A stretch of DNA of 61,542 bases, the filler included. It is 5 parts of 5 records of this genome, joined end to end, with 100 filler letters (N's around TTAATTAATTAA, not from the genome) between each part and the next. Parts side by side here need not be neighbours in the genome. Positions count along the whole stretch, not along the records: positions 53,725 to 61,542 come from SRR31156797_17894; 4 more parts are not named here. The stretch is one strand, 5' to 3'. Numbering within the stretch: the stretch's first letter is position 1; every line of letters begins with the position of its first letter. Position numbers and translations under genes: made by a program. This document shows, one piece after another, positions 58,298 through 61,542 of the stretch. Below the pieces are notes generated by a model. It had not been told where the DNA came from. It searched no databases and saw only the letters and a list, made by a program, of their open reading frames with translations.

Positions 58298-60319
58298 ATG
58301 AATTTAAGACAGAAGAACACCATTCCCTCTTTCATTATCATGATCGCCATTTTCGCCGTAGGATCGTTGGTAACGGTGAATAAGCTGAACGAATTAAAGA
58401 AGAACATCGTCTCCAGGCCAATGGAAAATTCCATGGAGGTGCTTTTGCGAAGCGTGGAATTCACCGCCCAGCAGACCCTGGAAAAATCGTCGCTTTTCTC
58501 CCGGTTGCCCCAGGTGATCAAGGCCTTTGAACTTGCCCATTCCGGCGACATCGATGATCCCCGGGACGAGCAGGGCCAACGGGCACGGGAAATGCTCAGG
58601 CGGGAACTCAGGACCGCCATGGACGGTTATGAGATCGTCACCGGCAACGGCCCGATGAAGCTTCATTTTCACCTGCCCAACGGCCGAAGCCTGGTTCGCA
58701 TGTGGCGACAGCGGCAGATCAGGATCAATGGTAAGTGGGAAGACAGGTCCGATGATATTTCCGACTTCCGCCATACGGTTCTGGACGTCAACACCACGGG
58801 GAAACCGGTCAGGGGAATTGAACTTGGCCGGGGCGGATTTGTGATCCGGGGACTTTCTCCCATTGTGAATTCCCAGGGACGCCCCCTTGGATCAGTGGAG
58901 GTGCTGTTTGATTTTGCCCCCCTGGTGAAAACCCTGTTCGCGGATGATCATTATTTTGCCCGGCTATACATGAACAAGCAGTTTCTCTCCATTACCCACC
59001 GGCTCCAGAACACGGGAAAATACCCCGTTGTTGAAAATCGCTATGTCCAGGTCATGGGAAAGCAAATAGAGGATGGACCCGACGGGAAATGGGCTCTCTC
59101 CCTCATGAATCAGGGAAAGGCCGATTTCGCCATTCAAATGAACGGAAAAAAAGCCATGGCTGCTTTTCCAATCAAAGATTACAAGGCGACCCAGATCGGT
59201 GTGATGACCCTGGAAACGGATATGACGGAAGAGTATGCCCTGGTTCGAAATATTATTGTATTCCAGGTGGTGATGCTTTTTCTGGTTATCATCGCCCTGG
59301 GCGTGCTCAGTTCCCTGTTCCTGTCCCGAACCGTTTTAAAACCGGTGGCCGGCATAATGGCCATATCCAGGCAATTGTCCAAAGGGGACTTGAGGAATAC
59401 CGTTGAAGTGACCTCAAAGGATGAAATCGGGGTCTTGTCGGAAACCATCAATTTCATGGTCCGGTCGGTCCGGGAGGTGGTGAGCAAGCTCGTCGAGGTG
59501 GTGACCCGTCTGACCACCAACAGCGACCAGATCAACAAGGCCCTCCAGGACCAGATATCCAGCGCTTCGGAACAGTCGGCATCGGTGTCTGAAATCACCT
59601 CCACCATGGCTGAATTTTCCGCATCCTCCAGACAGATTGCCGAACATGCCGATACGGTTCTCACCATTGCCGAAGAGGCCCTTAACCACGCCAATGAAGG
59701 GGAACAATCCGTTTCACGGGTGACGGATAAGATGGAAGAGATTCACACCGGCAATGAGAATACGGTAAAGGGAATCCATGAGCTGGGAAACAAAACCCGT
59801 GAAATTGCCAAAATCATGGAGATCATCAACAACATTGCGGACCAGACAAAGCTGATTGCCTTTAATGCCGCCCTGGAGGCCTCCAGCGCCGGTGAAGCCG
59901 GAAAACGGTTTGGCGTGGTCGCCATTGAGATCAGGCGCCTGGCCGAAAATGTGGAAGCCTCCACCCGTGAGACGGAAAAAAGGGTAAACGAAATACAGGA
60001 TGCGGTGGACAACATGATGCTGGCTTCGGAACAAAATACCCGTTGCATCAATGAAGGGTTGAGTTTTACCTCCCACACCCGGGAAACACTTGCCAATATT
60101 GTCGGCAGGTCCCAGGATACCCGGGATGCGGCTCAACAGATCACCCTGTCCACCCAGCAGCAGAAAACCGCCAGTGACCAGGTGGTCCAGGCCCTGCGGG
60201 AGATCGATGAGAGTGGACGGCATACCACCCGGGCCATCAAACAGATCGGGGATAACGGGGAAACATTGAACCAGCTGGCAGAACAGCTGGATACACTAAT
60301 TCATGGATTTAAGCTTTGA
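58298..60319 (+). CDS. methyl-accepting chemotaxis protein (TM-Cache-TM-HAMP-MA)
   Basis: [15 protein letters not shown]...DDISDFR...GIELGRGG (Cache), DEIG (HAMP), [30 protein letters not shown]. Confidence 0.95.
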   Translation: MNLRQKNTIPSFIIMIAIFAVGSLVTVNKLNELKKNIVSRPMENSMEVLLRSVEFTAQQTLEKSSLFSRLPQVIKAFELAHSGDIDDPRDEQGQRAREMLRRELRTAMDGYEIVTGNGPMKLHFHLPNGRSLVRMWRQRQIRINGKWEDRSDDISDFRHTVLDVNTTGKPVRGIELGRGGFVIRGLSPIVNSQGRPLGSVEVLFDFAPLVKTLFADDHYFARLYMNKQFLSITHRLQNTGKYPVVENRYVQVMGKQIEDGPDGKWALSLMNQGKADFAIQMNGKKAMAAFPIKDYKATQIGVMTLETDMTEEYALVRNIIVFQVVMLFLVIIALGVLSSLFLSRTVLKPVAGIMAISRQLSKGDLRNTVEVTSKDEIGVLSETINFMVRSVREVVSKLVEVVTRLTTNSDQINKALQDQISSASEQSASVSEITSTMAEFSASSRQIAEHADTVLTIAEEALNHANEGEQSVSRVTDKMEEIHTGNENTVKGIHELGNKTREIAKIMEIINNIADQTKLIAFNAALEASSAGEAGKRFGVVAIEIRRLAENVEASTRETEKRVNEIQDAVDNMMLASEQNTRCINEGLSFTSHTRETLANIVGRSQDTRDAAQQITLSTQQQKTASDQVVQALREIDESGRHTTRAIKQIGDNGETLNQLAEQLDTLIHGFKL

Positions 60320-60343
60320 TTTTTTACGTCTAGGAACAATGCC

Positions 60344-61369
60344 ATGAAACCGGTACGGGTTTTGATTGTGGATGACAGCTCCCTGGTTCGGGATTTCCTG
60401 ACGGAGATTCTGGCATCGGACAAGGAGATCGAGGTGGTGGGCAAGGCCGGCAACGGCCTTGAAGCCCTGGAAAAGATTGCCGCGCTCAAGCCGGATATTG
60501 TCACCATGGACATTAAAATGCCTGAAATGGATGGGATGATGGCCATTGAACAGATCATGGGCGGAGAAAATTCACTGCCCATTCTGGTGGTAACCTCCCT
60601 GGATGATTCCGGCACCGCATATGACGCGATCTCAAGGGGAGCACTGGAAGTGATTCCCAAACCGAATATGAGGCGATTGAACGCCGAATCCTTTGCCCAA
60701 AGGATCAAACTGCTTTCCAAGGTAAAAGTGGTGCGTCATATTCGAAGCCGGACCTACAAAAAAAATAATACTGAAAACAGGTGTTCTGCCAGGACAATCC
60801 CTCAAATCATTGCCATTGCAAGCTCCACAGGGGGGCCCGGGGTGTTGGCCTGTCTGTTTGGCAGGCTTGAACATTGTCTGGATGTACCGGTGGTGGTGGC
60901 CCAGCACATTGCCAGGGGATTTGATACCGGCCTGGTGAAATGGCTGAACCGCAAGGCCCCCAATGCCCACGTAAAAAAGGGGGTTCCAGGGGAACGGCTC
61001 AAGCCGGGGGTCATCTATATTTCACCCTCCTACGGCCACATGGAGATCACCCCCCGGAACACCATTGAGGTCTTTCCTCCCGGGCCGAGGGATATTTATA
61101 CGCCCTCCTGCGATCGGCTGCTGACTTCCGTTGCCAGGACACATGGGCAATTTTCCATGGCCCTTGTATTGACGGGGATGGGCAATGACGGAACAGCAGG
61201 CGCCCAGGCCGTCAAACAGGCCGGAGGCACAACCATTGCCCAGGATAAAGCCTCGTCCGTTGTGTATGGCATGCCCCGGGCAGCCGTGGAAAAAGGCTGC
61301 ATAGATCGGGTGATGTCCCTCAATGAAATAAGCAAATGCCTGAACGGCATGATCAGGGAAAGATCATGA
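60344..61369 (+). CDS. cheB: chemotaxis methylesterase CheB (REC + catalytic domain)
   Basis: IVDDS, MDIKMP, ASSTGGP, QHI, TGMGNDG, VYGMP. Confidence 0.95.
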   Translation: MKPVRVLIVDDSSLVRDFLTEILASDKEIEVVGKAGNGLEALEKIAALKPDIVTMDIKMPEMDGMMAIEQIMGGENSLPILVVTSLDDSGTAYDAISRGALEVIPKPNMRRLNAESFAQRIKLLSKVKVVRHIRSRTYKKNNTENRCSARTIPQIIAIASSTGGPGVLACLFGRLEHCLDVPVVVAQHIARGFDTGLVKWLNRKAPNAHVKKGVPGERLKPGVIYISPSYGHMEITPRNTIEVFPPGPRDIYTPSCDRLLTSVARTHGQFSMALVLTGMGNDGTAGAQAVKQAGGTTIAQDKASSVVYGMPRAAVEKGCIDRVMSLNEISKCLNGMIRERS

Positions 61370-61542
61370 GCTTTTCCTGTATTAAAAAATTTGTTTACCA
61401 GCGAACCGGCCTTACCTTTGACGCCTATCGCACCATGATACTCAAGGAGAAGATTTCCCGGCACATGGCGGCATTGGAGATGGATGACATGAAAACCTAT
61501 TGGTATGAAATCCGTCATGACCAAACACTCTTTGATAACCTT
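61366..61542 (+). CDS. cheR: chemotaxis methyltransferase CheR, N-terminal part (runs off window; absent from ORF track)
   Basis: ATGA overlap with the cheB stop; MSFSCIKKFVYQRTGLTFD...LKEKISRHM...TYW resembles CheR_N. Confidence 0.8.
   Translation, partial: MSFSCIKKFVYQRTGLTFDAYRTMILKEKISRHMAALEMDDMKTYWYEIRHDQTLFDNL

Overview
The window is not one contiguous locus. It is five unrelated contigs joined by artificial 100-bp spacers (44 N + TTAATTAATTAA + 44 N) at 18289-18388, 28583-28682, 44993-45092 and 53625-53724. Contig A (1-18288) is from a GC-rich alphaproteobacterium (Rhodospirillales-like): TPR/sulfotransferase genes, thiE-like, yggS, ribA, an OmpR-type regulator, xth, lolA, ftsK, a UbiH-family hydroxylase, an SDR, and cnoX-LonN-trm112-DUF971. 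It also has a candidate sRNA and a two-gene low-GC islet. Contig B (18389-28582) is from a methanogenic archaeon (Methanosarcinaceae-like): PUA, sepF, ZPR1, valS, dsrE-ferritin-superoxide reductase, and cobA-hemD-ahbC. Contig C (28683-44992) is from a Desulfobacterota-like bacterium: a FadR(TetR)-controlled acyl-CoA dehydrogenase/ETF regulon with two near-identical operators, phnX, a MarR-acdB-acdA-X-acdA operon and a TRAP/metallo-hydrolase operon. Contig D (45093-53624) is alphaproteobacterial: amidase, XRE regulator, Na/Pi transporter, enolase-superfamily enzyme, patatin, an orphan DctP and the polA 3' end. Contig E (53725-61542) is Desulfobacterota-like: a cNMP-acetate kinase-PduL fusion divergent from a cheW-cheW-MCP-cheB-cheR cluster. 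There are two top discoveries. (1) Gene X (38802-39290), caught by the ORF track only as a 3' fragment, is a likely AhpD/CMD-family selenoprotein with a CxxU motif and a SECIS-like hairpin, embedded in a split ADP-forming acyl-CoA synthetase operon. (2) A 770-aa three-domain cNMP-AckA-PduL protein has a kinase domain that keeps the acetate/acetyl-phosphate residues but has all three ATP-binding motifs rewritten. Taxonomic and family calls come from recognising motifs by eye; no database searches were run.
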